From positions 290,551 to 354,550 of the forward strand of contig NW_013657642.1 of assembly GCF_000142905.1 (NCBI RefSeq): DNA of 64,000 nucleotides. Reading direction: 5' to 3'. A program made the translations under genes and the position numbers. The notes below the pieces were generated by a model, which was not told where the DNA came from, made no database searches, and worked only from the letters and a program-made list of their open reading frames with translations. The DNA comes from Thecamonas trahens ATCC 50062 (taxonomy: Eukaryota; Protista; Apusomonadida). This document shows positions 1 to 12,000 of the stretch, in pieces; position 1 is the first letter of the stretch, and each line of letters begins with the position of its first letter.

Positions 1-432
1 GGGGGAGGGGGGGGGTCTAGGCAAGGAGAGTGTGACGGTGTGAAAAGAGTAGCACTTGACGCAGGGGCCACCGACATAGACATAGGTATAGGCATTGACG
101 TTATCCCCTTCCCCTCAATCTCTGCACTATGAGTAGCCTCTCTGGTGATGAGGAGGGTGATGGGTATGGCGGCACCTGTGCGGTGGTGGAAAAATCAAGG
201 AAGACCGTCCGTCGAGAGGAGACTCGCTGGAGGTCCATGATGAGATGCCTGGTCAAGGGGATGAGTTTGTCGAGTTTAGTCAGACCGATGCCGAGGTCGC
301 TGGCAGTACCGCTGTTGCTGGTGCCGCCGCTAGCAGCAACAACAACAACAATGACGATGGAGATGGCGATGACGAGCATGATCGTGATCACAATCACAGC
401 CATAGCCACGTGGGAACCAGAGCGAGCAACCG

Positions 433-2534
433 ATGTCGTCAACTATGGCGGCTGTGCACAAGATGGATGGCTTGCAGCCTTGTTCGCCGAGGTCGAACCG
501 CTCGTCGGTCTCATCGTCGGATGCCGGTGTGGTGTCGATGGCTCGGGTGGAGAAGCGGGGGCATGTCCGTGCTCCGCTGACGCCGAGGACTCGATCGCGT
601 CAGTCGTCGGCTTCGTCAGGAACCGGCTCGTCTGGCTCGTACTACTCATATTCGTCGTCGGACGAGTGCTCAAGCGACGAGTCCGGTGGTGATGTGCTGT
701 CGTCGGATGCTGGCGCTGAGGCTGGGCCGTCGGGCGCAAGCGCCAGTGTGAGCGGAGCTGTTGGTGGCAGCAAGCGCAGCTCCGTCCGCAACAGCTTTGC
801 GGCGGCGAGTGGAGCTGCCGACGTCAGCAGCGGGCTGGGCAGAGCCGACGACAGCGGCGTGAATGGCCTTGGTGAGGATGACAGCGCGCTGGTGCGTGGG
901 TCGTCCGACGGCCTGCCGACCGACATGCGCTACGACGAGGACGACGAGTCGGGCATGCTGTCGGACACGGTGACTGGCGGGCGGGTGTCACCCACTGGTG
1001 GTCTTCGTGATGGCGGTGACTCTGTCACCTTTGTCCCCGACTCTGGCGCCGGCTGCTCAGAGCCGTCCCGGCTTCTCACCCTGCTGGGTATTCGCGAGGG
1101 CATGCCCGAGGTCCTCACCCAGTCGCTTGGCGACGTGACCGACAATGACAAAAAAGCACTGGAGTATTTGAATGCGCTGCGGGCACAGCACGACGAGATG
1201 CGGACCGCTGTCGCCGAGCTGAACACCGCCAACAAGTCGCTCGCCGCCCTCGTCCGCCACCTCACCCGCAAGTTCAACGTAGTTGCCGAGGCTCTGCCCG
1301 AGTCGCCGTACATTGCGACCGACACAACGTCGGCGCAAGACGCGGCGACTAAGGGCGACTCGGACGAGGACGAGGCGTTTGGCCACCTGCCCGGGCGGGC
1401 GACCCAGATCCTCATGAAGGGCTACGTCAACAAGAAGGGTCGCCGCGTCCGCAACTGGAAGCGCCGCTTCTTTGTCCTCCGCGGCGGCACGCTCTCGTAC
1501 TACACCGACGAGACGTGCGCTACCCGCAAGGGCAAGATGCGGCTCGACCAGTGCCTTGTCGACGGCCTGCGCGAGCGCGATGAGACCGGCCGGGCCTGCC
1601 TCGCCCTCTCGACCAAGGGTCGCACTCTTTTCTTCCAGTCGGACGAGGCCAGGAAAACACCGCGTGGTTCCTTGCCATCTCGTGCATGCAGCAGCAGCTG
1701 GAGTATGCCCGCAACATGCGCGAGACTGGCCAGGCCGCAGACCTGCGTGTCCTCGAGTTCTTCTCCTACCCAATGCGCCACAAGCTCGCACTCTCCGGCC
1801 GCCCGCTCCCACTGGTTGCCGTCACCTCGCTCGACGCCTCGGTCCGCTTCCACTCGATGCTGCATGTGCTCGCTCTGGAGGATGCGTCGCTGACCGACGA
1901 GCATCTCGTCGCGCTCTCGGACGCTCTCGGTCCGAACAAGTCGCTCGGCGTCCTGCACTTGGCGTCCAACTCGTTCTCGCGGACAGGCATTGAGGCGCTC
2001 GCCGCCGCTCTCCGCCAGAATAAGACCATCACCGAGGTGTATCTGGAGAACAACGGGCTTGACGACGACGCTGCCGTTGTTCTCGCCCAGATGCTCTCGT
2101 CCACCCGCCACATCGGCGTCCTCGCTCTCGATGGCAATGCCATCGGTGACGTCGGCGCCGAGGCACTGGCCAAGGCCATCGCCCGCCCGCACCGCCTCAA
2201 CACCCTCGCGCTCGACGACAACGCCATTGGTGATGTCGGCGGCGCCGCGCTCGGCCGCATGCTCGAAGTCAATCCAACCGTTACCAACGTCCATCTCCGC
2301 AGCAACCGCATGACCTCGCGCGGCGTTCTCGCCATCGTCTCCTCGGCGAAGCACCCGACCGCTGCCGTTGCCCGCCTCCTCCTCTCCGGCAACGCCTACG
2401 ATCCGCGCGACATTGCCGCTGCCGTCATGGACCTGGCGCGGACGTCGCGAACCCTCGCCCACGTTGACATTGCGCCCTATGTCCTCGGACATGGCGCCAT
2501 CACCACTCTCCGGCTCCTTCCACTCACACAATGA
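433..2534 (+). CDS. Coiled-coil + PH domain + RNI-like LRR protein, with an apparent 1-nt frameshift near 1650
   Basis: ORF 433-1893 has a PH domain (MKGYVNKKGRRVRNWKRRFFVLRGGTLSYY). The PH C-terminal helix (QENTAWFLAISC) continues in the frame of ORF 1686-2534, which has RNI-type LRRs (LxxLxLxxNxIGDxGA). Confidence 0.8.
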
Positions 2535-2583
2535 CACGCGCTCACGTACATGATGACACGCTAGCGCAGCCATTCAGCCTCGT

Positions 2584-5500
2584 TTACTCGTTTGCCGGAC
2601 CAAAGCCGCCGCCGCCCGGCGTGTGGATGTGGATCTCGTCACCGACCTCACAGGTGAACGAGGCCTTGCCGCCGAGGTTGACCAAGCCGTCATCGCGGCC
2701 GCGCTTGAGGGTGTTGGTGCCGCGGGCGCCGTCGCTGCCGCCAGCCACGCCGCGTGGCGGCATTGCCCGGCGCTCAGAAAGCATCGAGACTGAGGTTTTC
2801 TTGAGGAACTTGACGACGCGGACGACGCCGTCGCCGCCACGGCGCGCGCCATCGCCGCCCGAGTTCGGGCGGAGCGAGAACTGCTTGAGCAGGACCGGGT
2901 AGCGGCGCTCCAGGATCTCCGGGTCAGTGATTCGGGTGTTGGTCATGTGGGTGTGGACGCCCGATGCGCCATCCCAGCTCGGCCCGGCGCCGGCGCCGCC
3001 GCAGATGGTCTCGTAGTAGCCGTAGGAGAACTCGGGCTCGACACCCGAGGTTGCGGCGTCGTCGCCAAAGGTAAAGTTGTTCATGTCGCCCTGCGAGCAT
3101 GCGGCGGCGCCAAAGGCCTGCAGCAGCACGTCGGTGACGCGTTGCGAAACGAGGACGTTACCGGCGACCACGGCAGCATCAGGCAGCGGCTCCAGCAGCG
3201 AGCCGTACGGAGTGATGACCTCCACGGGCTCGAGGCAGCCTTGGTTGAGCGGAATGTCCTCCGAGACCAACGAGCGGAGGACGTAGATGACTGCCGAGAG
3301 GGTGATGGCCCGCGGCGCGTTGGTGTTGCCCAGCGCCTGCGGCGAGGTGCCGGTAAAGTCAAAGACCGCCCGTCCGGTGGCGGCGTCAATCGAGAGCGCA
3401 AGCGCAATCTTCGCCCCGTCGTCCATGTAGTCGGTGGCGGTGAGGACGAGCGGCGAAGCGCCGGGGCTGGGATCGGCTCCGTGCTTAAGCGCCAGGCCAC
3501 GGAGCATGTCCGACACTGCCATGGCGGCCTTGGCCCGAATCCCATCCATGGCTGCCGTCACCTTGTCGAGCGAGGCCTTGCCGATGAGCTCCTGCATGAG
3601 CGTGATCCCCTTGTGATTCGCCGCAATCTGCGCCTTGAGATCGGTGAGGTTGTCGGCGAGCGCACGCGTGCCTGAGATGCCTGCCGCCGCTGCCTCGGCC
3701 GAGACGTTGCTCAGCACCGCTGTGATGCCGTCCTCCTGGAACTTGCCGCCGTCGACGAGCTTGAACGACTTGATAGCGGCACCCTCCTCGGCGAGAGACT
3801 TGGAAAACGGTGGCATCGAGCCCGGCGTGATGCCGCCGATGTCGGCGTGGTGCCCGCGCGACGCAACGTAGAACGCTGGCTTCTCGTTTCCACCTACAAA
3901 CACCGGAGTCATGACCGTGATGTCCGGCAGGTGCGAACCGCCGGCTGCCGGGTGGTTCGAGCACACCACGTCGCCCTCGCGCCAGGTGTCGCCGAGGGCC
4001 GAGATCTGGTACTTGACCGCCTCTTGCATCGAGCCGAGGTGGACAGGCACGTGCGGCGCGTTGGCCACCAGCCCGCCGTCGGGGCCAAACAGGGCGCATG
4101 AAAAGTCAAGCCGGTCCTTGATGTTGGTCGAGATCGAGGTCCGCTGCAGCGTCACTCCCATCTGCTCCGCAATCGACATGAACCGGTTGGCGTAGATGGA
4201 GAGCTCGATGGGCGAGACGTCAGCCGATGCGGCGGCGTCGGCGGCGCTGGCCGCTGCCGCCTTGCTCATCTGGACCTTGTGCAGGACGAGGTCGCCACCG
4301 TCGAGCGCGGTTGCCTCCCAAGATGGCTCAACCACAATGGTGGCGTTGTTGTCGATGATGAGCGCCGGGCCGGCAAGCTTGGCTCGCGAGTCGGCGAGCT
4401 TTTCCAGCTTGTACACCGGCGTCGTGACCCGGCCACCTGCCGACGCAAAGTAGGTATGGACGGTGGCCTCGGGTGAGCCCGGGGCCGTACCCGGGGCCGA
4501 CATCGGCTTGGCCTGTGACGCGGCCTGGACGGCTTTGGCCGCGTCCGAGAGGCCGACGGCGCGGACCCGGATGTCATCGACCAGGATGTCGCGGCCTTCG
4601 AGGACAAAGCCGTACTCTTGCTTGTACTGCGCGAGGAAGGCAGACTCAAAGGCGGCCGGCTCCATCGAGTCAGCGCGGATCATCAGCGCAGTGTCGGCGC
4701 CATCGAACCTGAGGTTGAGGTACGTCTCGCGGGTGAGCGCTTCGGGCTCAAAGCCGCGCTGGGCAAGCTGGGCAAGCGGATCGACGGCGACGGCGTCAAA
4801 CTTGGCAGCAAGGTCGGCGGCAGCGAGGTCGGCGAGCCGGACGGCGGCAGGCTCCTGTGCCTCGGCCACCATGGGCGCAAGGGCCATGCCGTAGGCCGAG
4901 AGCACGCCCGAGTGGCGGTGGATAAAGATGGAGGCCATGTCGAGCGAGTCGGCAATGGCGCACGCGTGCTGCCCGCCAGCGCCGCCAAAGACAGACAGAA
5001 TGTGGTCGGCGGTGGCGTAGCCCTTGGCCTCTGTGATGGAGCGGATCGGCCGGCACATGGCTTCGTTGGCAACCGCAAGGAAGCCCGCAGCAACCTCGTC
5101 GAGGCTCTGCACCTCGGGCGTCTCGCCCAGTGCCTCTGCCTCGCGGGCGAGGTCAGCGTTGATCTGGTTGGCGAGGGTCTCAAAGGCGACGGTTGTCGCC
5201 GCCAAATCGAGCGGCTCGGCTTCCGACTCACCAAAGATGGCAGGAAAGAAGGCTGGATCGAGTCGGCCGAGGAAGAGGTTGGCGTCAGTGACTGCGAGAT
5301 CGCCGCCCTTGCGGTAGCAGACCGGGCCCGGATGGGCACCAACAGACTCGGGCCCGACCTGGTACATGTAGTTGGAAAAGTGGAGCTTGGAGCCTCCGCC
5401 AGCGGCGACGGTGGTGATGTCCAGCTGCGGTGCCTGAGTGGTCACGCCGGCGGTCTCCGACTCGTAAACAAACTCAAAGGCGTTGTCAAAGCGAGAAACG

Positions 5501-6756
5501 TCGGTCGACGTGCCGCCCATGTCGTAGCCAATGACCGGCGCGGGCGCCTCGCCGAGCGCCGGGTTGCCGTACGACGTCTTGGCGTAGCCGACGACTCCAC
5601 CGGCCGGGCCGGAGAGGATGGCCCGGACGCCCGAAAAGGCATCGACCGGCGCGAGGCCGCCGTCCGACTGCATGAACTGGACATTGACCTTGGTCAGGAG
5701 CGACGAGTCAAAGCCGGCACAGAACGACTGAATGTAGCGATCAACGACGGGCGAGAGGTATGCGTCGACAGCAGCCGTGTAGCCGCGCGGCACGATGCGG
5801 GTCCGCGGCATGAGCTGCGACGAGAGCGAGATGTGCTCAAAGCCGATGGCCTTGGCCAGCTCGCCGACCCGCGCCTCGTGATCCGGAAAGGCGTACGAGT
5901 GCATGCAGACGACTGCGAGTGAGCGGATGCCCGAGTCGTAGACAGCTTGCAGCGAGGCGGTGAGCGCGGCCTCGTCGAGCTCCTCGAGTACCTGGACAGT
6001 CTCGCCGGTGACGCCGGAAATTTCCTGGACCACTGGCGGCGGGTGAACCGTGGCCGCTGGTGACTCGGCCCGGGCAACCTCCTGGGCCGTCACAACACGG
6101 ACTCGCTCTGGAACCTCGACAACCTGCTCGTAGAGCAGCTCGGGCCTCCTGACAGCAAGATCAAAGATGTTGGGCCTCGCCTGGTTGCCGATGAGCAGCA
6201 GGTCCGGGAAGCCCTTGGTGACTGCCAGAGCCATGCGCTCGCCCTTGCGCTCAAGGAGCGCGTTTGTGGCCACAGTGGTGCCCATGCGGATCTCAGCAAT
6301 GTGGTCAGATGGGACTGGAAGCTCTGGGTCGAGCACCTCTCCACGAACAGCCGCCAGAACGCGACGAATTCCCTCCCGCGGAGCGTCGGGATAGTTTGCA
6401 GGATCCTCGGAGAGGAGCTTGATGACCGTCGACGAGGTGTGAGCGTAGTCCTTGTTCTCAGCCGTTCTCTTCCACTCGGCATACACATCGGTAAACGTTC
6501 CGCCACGATCAATGCCAAAGGTAAAATCAGTGGCATTCCAACAATGTCCTCCGCTGCTCAGTGCCCGAATCAGATTCATAGTCTGCCACGCGCCACCTGC
6601 GCCAGCAGCCGTCCCAGCGCCAGGCCCAGCGCCAGCGCCAGCCTGAGTCATGCCCATGCCCAAGCTCCCAGCGCCAGGCCAGGCCAGACCAGTTCGGGCG
6701 AGTACAGCGCGACCTCTTCCGCCACTACGCCACACGCTTGCAGCCGCACGCAACAT
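2584..6756 (-). CDS. OPLAH: 5-oxoprolinase (fused hydantoinase A/B), with an N-terminal extension
   Basis: IDRGGTFTD, MGTTVATNALLERKG, SGPAGG, DMGGTSTDVSR, RLDFSCA, HTHMTNTRITDPEILERRYP and TPGGGGFG motifs; 1390 aa. Confidence 0.96.
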   Translation of the reverse strand: MLRAAASVWRSGGRGRAVLARTGLAWPGAGSLGMGMTQAGAGAGPGAGTAAGAGGAWQTMNLIRALSSGGHCWNATDFTFGIDRGGTFTDVYAEWKRTAENKDYAHTSSTVIKLLSEDPANYPDAPREGIRRVLAAVRGEVLDPELPVPSDHIAEIRMGTTVATNALLERKGERMALAVTKGFPDLLLIGNQARPNIFDLAVRRPELLYEQVVEVPERVRVVTAQEVARAESPAATVHPPPVVQEISGVTGETVQVLEELDEAALTASLQAVYDSGIRSLAVVCMHSYAFPDHEARVGELAKAIGFEHISLSSQLMPRTRIVPRGYTAAVDAYLSPVVDRYIQSFCAGFDSSLLTKVNVQFMQSDGGLAPVDAFSGVRAILSGPAGGVVGYAKTSYGNPALGEAPAPVIGYDMGGTSTDVSRFDNAFEFVYESETAGVTTQAPQLDITTVAAGGGSKLHFSNYMYQVGPESVGAHPGPVCYRKGGDLAVTDANLFLGRLDPAFFPAIFGESEAEPLDLAATTVAFETLANQINADLAREAEALGETPEVQSLDEVAAGFLAVANEAMCRPIRSITEAKGYATADHILSVFGGAGGQHACAIADSLDMASIFIHRHSGVLSAYGMALAPMVAEAQEPAAVRLADLAAADLAAKFDAVAVDPLAQLAQRGFEPEALTRETYLNLRFDGADTALMIRADSMEPAAFESAFLAQYKQEYGFVLEGRDILVDDIRVRAVGLSDAAKAVQAASQAKPMSAPGTAPGSPEATVHTYFASAGGRVTTPVYKLEKLADSRAKLAGPALIIDNNATIVVEPSWEATALDGGDLVLHKVQMSKAAAASAADAAASADVSPIELSIYANRFMSIAEQMGVTLQRTSISTNIKDRLDFSCALFGPDGGLVANAPHVPVHLGSMQEAVKYQISALGDTWREGDVVCSNHPAAGGSHLPDITVMTPVFVGGNEKPAFYVASRGHHADIGGITPGSMPPFSKSLAEEGAAIKSFKLVDGGKFQEDGITAVLSNVSAEAAAAGISGTRALADNLTDLKAQIAANHKGITLMQELIGKASLDKVTAAMDGIRAKAAMAVSDMLRGLALKHGADPSPGASPLVLTATDYMDDGAKIALALSIDAATGRAVFDFTGTSPQALGNTNAPRAITLSAVIYVLRSLVSEDIPLNQGCLEPVEVITPYGSLLEPLPDAAVVAGNVLVSQRVTDVLLQAFGAAACSQGDMNNFTFGDDAATSGVEPEFSYGYYETICGGAGAGPSWDGASGVHTHMTNTRITDPEILERRYPVLLKQFSLRPNSGGDGARRGGDGVVRVVKFLKKTSVSMLSERRAMPPRGVAGGSDGARGTNTLKRGRDDGLVNLGGKASFTCEVGDEIHIHTPGGGGFGPANE

Positions 6757-7645
6757 AGTACAGGACTACCTGCTTCACAAACACCGTCAAGTGTATCCCT
6801 ATCCCTATGCCTATCTCCGTCAATGCAAGCTGGGCAAGTCACCGTGCTGCAGTCACGCCACCCTTTGCTCACTCTCTCGCTCACTCTCTCTAGTCGGTCT
6901 GACGTGGCATTGCGGCGGACGTACAACTGTACTATTTTTTGGTCTCGTGGGAGGAGCACCGTTTTTTGCCGGCGCACCTTCCCCTCCACTCTACTTCGCA
7001 TTTGGCTGGCATGTCTGGCTGAAAGGACAAGGGTTGGCCTATATGTAGTTATGGTTTTGGCTGTGATGTATCTACATGCATATGTATGTGTGTACGTGTG
7101 TGTGTGTGTGTGTGTGAAGAGTAAGGAGGTGAGGAGTGTCTGTGTTGGACATGTTCAATTTTTTTCCGGTTTGCTGAAACTATCGACAGTAACTAGGCGT
7201 GGGATTTGTGGGAAGGCGAGGGAGAGAGTGTGTGTAGAGATCTTTGTATTGTAAGAAGGGTAGGTGCGGAGGTCGTCGACTAGCTCGTGGGGCTGTTGGA
7301 GTGGTTGTGGATCCCAGATTATGTGAGACTTCGCAACACAAGGTGCGGCTTGCCTGGGAGAAAAAGAAACTCCGACACTTTCGGCTTATCTTCAGCTTGC
7401 CATCCATGGCGAGTCCCACTCAGACTGCCTCACCCTGGCATCATCCTTACCCTCCACCAACCAGTGATTGTCACACCTACCGCCCTTGCGTAGGGAGAAA
7501 AAGAAAGCGCCCGATGCGCTGCTCTCTAGATTCTTCTGCAGCCTTTGAAATAGAATAAATTTTTTCGCTCGACGCGTCGTGCGGCAGCGGTGGCAAGTCA
7601 AGCCAAGACCAGCACACTCGACTGTCATCCCGTACCTCCAGTGGC

Positions 7646-9025
7646 ATGGCACTTCGTGTGGCTGTTGTCGGAGCAGGAACAGCAGGTCTGGCAACTGCGG
7701 CGCTTCTGGCTCGGGCTGGTGCCGCCGTCGAGGTCTTTGACCGAGTGGCAGCACCGGCAGCAGTCGGCGCCGGACTGCTGCTTCAGCCAACAGGCGCGTC
7801 TGTTCTGACCGAGCTTGGAGTCCGCGAGGTGGCAGAGAGTGCTGGAGCACACGTGACCGAACTTGATGGCCGAAATGGTTGGGGTTTGCCGGTGGTTCGG
7901 GTGCGATACAATTCGCTAGCTCCTGATGCGCACGGCATCGGCATCCATCGCGCCACTCTGGCCTCGTCCCTGCACGCTGCCGTCGCACGGGCGCGCAGCA
8001 AGTCCAAGCTGGGAGAGGAAGCGGTCCGATTTCACTGGGGCGTTGGCCTTGACAGAGTTGAGTACGGATCGGACGATAGTCTGGCCCGCTTGGTCGGGAG
8101 CGACGGGAACACGGTCGGGGATAGCGCCGGATACGATCTGTGCGTAGTGGCGGCCGGCGCAAACTCGAAGCGGCTCTCTCCACCCGAGACACTCGATTAC
8201 TCGCGAGTGTACCCTTGGGGCGCGTTGTGGGCCATCTTGGAGGACAAGCAGGGAGCGTTTGATGACGTTCTTGTCCAGCAGTATCGCGATACGCGGACAA
8301 TGCTCGGGTTCATGCCAACTGGGCGGCTCGTGGAATACTCGGCGTCCGAGACAGGAGAGATGGGCATGCCGCAGCTCACACCACCGGATACGCCACCGCT
8401 GGTCTCAATGTTTTGGTCGCTGCGCGCCGAGAGCCGCCACGAGCTGGAGGCTATGTCGCTAGAGGGCCTCAAGGGCCGGTTGGAGGCGCTTGAACCGCGG
8501 GCGGCGCCGCTGTTGGAGGAGCTGACGTCCATGGATCAGCTAACATACGCGTCGTACTCGGATGTACGGATGAATGTGTACCATTGCGGGCGTACAGTGT
8601 TTATGGGCGATCATGCTCACGCGACGTCGCCTCAGCTGGGCCAGGGAGCCAACATGGCGCTCATCGATGCGTCGTGCCTCAACTACGTCCTCGATTCGCT
8701 GTGGAGCGACGGGCACGAGGCGATGTCGGCGGCGATTCCGGAGCGGATTGCGTACTTTACCCGGATCCGCAAGCCGCAGACGGCGTTCTACCAGCGGATG
8801 TCACACCTACTCACGCCGCTGTTCCAGTCGCGGCTCGTTCCGCTGGCGCCAGTGCGCGACGTGGTCATGGGCATGGGCGGCAGCATGTGGCCGTTTTCGG
8901 CGTTTGCTACCCGTCTTCTCACCGGCTACCAGCGGACGCTCTTTTCCCAGCTTCCGTACTCGGCGGACAACTCGTACCTATGGCAGGACAAGCCGTACGC
9001 GGACGAGCTGGCAGCGAGCGAGTAG
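7646..9025 (+). CDS. FAD-dependent monooxygenase (UbiH/salicylate hydroxylase-like, class A flavoprotein)
   Basis: N-terminal VAVVGAGTAG Rossmann motif; GD motif GDHAHATSPQLGQGANMALIDA. Confidence 0.9.
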   Translation: MALRVAVVGAGTAGLATAALLARAGAAVEVFDRVAAPAAVGAGLLLQPTGASVLTELGVREVAESAGAHVTELDGRNGWGLPVVRVRYNSLAPDAHGIGIHRATLASSLHAAVARARSKSKLGEEAVRFHWGVGLDRVEYGSDDSLARLVGSDGNTVGDSAGYDLCVVAAGANSKRLSPPETLDYSRVYPWGALWAILEDKQGAFDDVLVQQYRDTRTMLGFMPTGRLVEYSASETGEMGMPQLTPPDTPPLVSMFWSLRAESRHELEAMSLEGLKGRLEALEPRAAPLLEELTSMDQLTYASYSDVRMNVYHCGRTVFMGDHAHATSPQLGQGANMALIDASCLNYVLDSLWSDGHEAMSAAIPERIAYFTRIRKPQTAFYQRMSHLLTPLFQSRLVPLAPVRDVVMGMGGSMWPFSAFATRLLTGYQRTLFSQLPYSADNSYLWQDKPYADELAASE

Positions 9026-9057
9026 CAGGCGAAGCTTGGACAAAGCCGCCTCTCGTC

Positions 9058-12000
9058 TTACTTGCCCTTTTGCTGCTTTTCGTTCTCGGCCTTGATCCGC
9101 TTCTGGATGCCCGAATGGATGATGCGGACGTAGTCAACGTATGAGATGGACTGCGAACTCGGCGAGACGCCGCCGCCAACAAGCATGTCTTCTGTGCACA
9201 TGTTGAGGAGCCTGGTTTCCATGCCATCCCTAGCGCGGATGACGCGGAACTGTGGCGAGCGACCTAGCTCGGCCTCGAGTTCGGCGCGGAGGTTGGTGAG
9301 AACGGCGCACGCCTCGCGCGAGAGGTCCGAGTCGCGACTGGCGAGCCAGGACATTGGCTGGATGCTGGCGAGCGTGCCAACGCCAAAGAGGTCGACCAAA
9401 ACGTGGCGGTATGCCGACGCCCCAACCCAGAGCCAGAGGAGGGTATCCGAGACGAAGGCGTAAACACCGCGCTTAGAGAGGACCTCGCGCGAGAGGTGCA
9501 GTGCACGCGGAGTGCCATCTGCGCCACGCTCAATCTTGTCCAGGCGGAGCAGTCGCGGGTAGAGCTTGCGGATGAGGGCAAGGACCGAGGACGAGACAAC
9601 AAAGGCACATGAGGTAGCGCGTGCGTCGGAGCGAATGGGCTCTTTGGTCAGCGCTGGGAGCTTGAGGGCCATCAGAATGTACGACGGGAGGAGCTGCAGC
9701 GAGTCGGGCAGGATGAGCTTGGCTGGCGGAACGCGTCTGGCGAGGAGGAGGCGGTAGCCAGCAAGGATGTCGATGGTGCGGGCGGTGAGACGCTGGCGGA
9801 GCGCGGTGAGTTCGCTCTTGCCCTTGACCAGGCCAGCAGCGGCGTAGCGGACAAGCAGGGCGACAAGTGTCTCGACGTCGATACCGCGGTAGACGTCTGC
9901 TGGATCAGCAGAGGTCTCCAGTCGGAGGGTGTGGACACGGAGGAGGCGGGTTCCGTCGGACGCAGTGTACAGGAGCGATGCCTGGAGCCAGGCTGGATCA
10001 GCGGGCGGCAGTTCGTCGGCGGCGTACGAGAGGTTGACCGAGAGCGCGACGTGGGCGCGGATGCCGGCGAGGATGACTTGCGGCGGCGGGTTCTGTGGGA
10101 GGACGTGGCCCATGTACGAGTCGATCTTGAGGCCCTCAGAGGCGCGGAGGCGGAGCGCACCCTCGTAGCCAAAGGGAACGGCAAGCGAGGCTGTAATTTC
10201 GCGGGCAACGCGCTCGGCGTCAAAGCGCGGATGGTGGTGCTCAAAGACGTGCAAGTCGCCGCCGGTGAGCGCGGCGAGCTGGGAAAGGGTGGTCACGTCA
10301 AGGTAGCCACGCGGGAGGAGGAAGAGATCGACCGAGATATGCTGGCGGACGAGTTCGCTCGCCTTGTTTGCGTACCACTCGGAGCTGGGCGCGAGCCTGG
10401 CCGCGATGGCTGCGTCTGAGACGGCCGGCCTGGCCATCGGATCCCGGTCGTCGAGGCTAGCGGGCCCACAACGCGGGCGTGAAGTGAGGAAGAGGGCAAC
10501 TCGCCCGCCACGCGGAATGAGCAGGCACTGCGCAGCCTGGAGCGCGACGGCAAGATCGAGTTTGGGCGAGACGTGTGGGTCGACGAGCGATCCAACCGCG
10601 GTGGCAAAGAGGTCCGGCAGCTCGTCGGCCAGAGTGGCGAGCGCGTCGGCGTCATCGGCGAGCGAGGCAAAGGCGGCGACAGTGGGGAGCGGCGCAAAGA
10701 CATCGTCGGCCTTGGCGGCAACGACCGAGAGAGCCTTGACCGACATCGACGGTTCGCCGGCCGCGTTGCGGAGCTGAAAGTAGAGAACGCGCGAGCCCGC
10801 GACGGCAATGACTGCGATGCGCGAGTGGGCAATGTCCAGTGCGCCTGGCGGCGAAGCGGCGACACGGTCGAGGAGCTGGCGGAGCGCGGAGCAGACGGTG
10901 GTGACGAGGCCAAACGCGGCTGCTACAGACGAAGCTTCGATGCAGAGGACGAGGTGCGGCGAGCGCGCGGGGCGGAGCTCGTACTCTTCGGTCGGGATGT
11001 AGTCAACCGAGCCAAGGCGGAGTTCGGGCCGGTCGGCGAGGTCGGAGCGGAGGCCAGCGCTGTCGAGATTGGCAAAGTACTCGCGCGGGATGGCGGTCGA
11101 GGCCGAGCAAAAGTTGCAGCCGAACGAGCGGCCGCCGTCGAGCCAGAGCACACCCGGATTGATGTACGCCCCGCACTGTGAGCAGCGAATCGGCCCGCCA
11201 ATCTGGCGAGTGTCAACCCGCGGCAGCGGACCGGTGTCGTCGGCCACCGCTAGCGGCGAGACAACCACGCCCAGCGGGACTCCGATGAGCTCGGCGAGCT
11301 TCTTCTCCGACGGCAGCGTGTACATGGAAGAACGCATGTAGCGCGGCGAGGCTGACCCGCCGTCGATGACGGTGTGCCGGGTGACCGCCCGCGGAGGCGG
11401 GAGCCCGCGCCCTGTGGTGTACACGACGTCCTGTCGCAAGTTTTCGGCATCGGTAACCGGCGCCGGCAGACCGGCCTTTGCCGACGGCGCCACACGCTTC
11501 TCGCCGAACTTTTCCTGCAGCATCTCCTCCTCCGCCTTTGTGAGCTCGCGCGGGCCGGACGCAGACGCTGATGGTCCGTCGGGACTGGAAGATGAGGGGA
11601 TGCCGTGTGTTGTAGGCGCGACATGTGTAGACGGCGGACCAACGGTTGGCGGGTGCGATGTAGGCGGGCGCGATGTAGGCGGGTGCGATGTAGGCGGGCG
11701 CGATGTAGGCGGGTGCGATGTAGGCGGGCGCGATGTAGGCGGGTGCGATGTAGGCGGGCGCGATGTAGGCGGGTGCGATGTAGGCGGGCGCGATGTAGGC
11801 GGGTGCGATGTAGGCGGGCGCGATGTAGGCGGGCGCGATGTAGGCGGGCGCGATGTAGGCGGGTGCGATGTAGGCGGGCGCGATGTAGGCGGGCGCGATG
11901 TAGGCGGGCGAGAAGCAGTAGCAGCAGAGGGCGGACGAGAGGTAGTGGCGGAGGGCGGACGAGAAGTAGCGGCGGAGGGCGGACGAGAAGTAGCAGCCGA

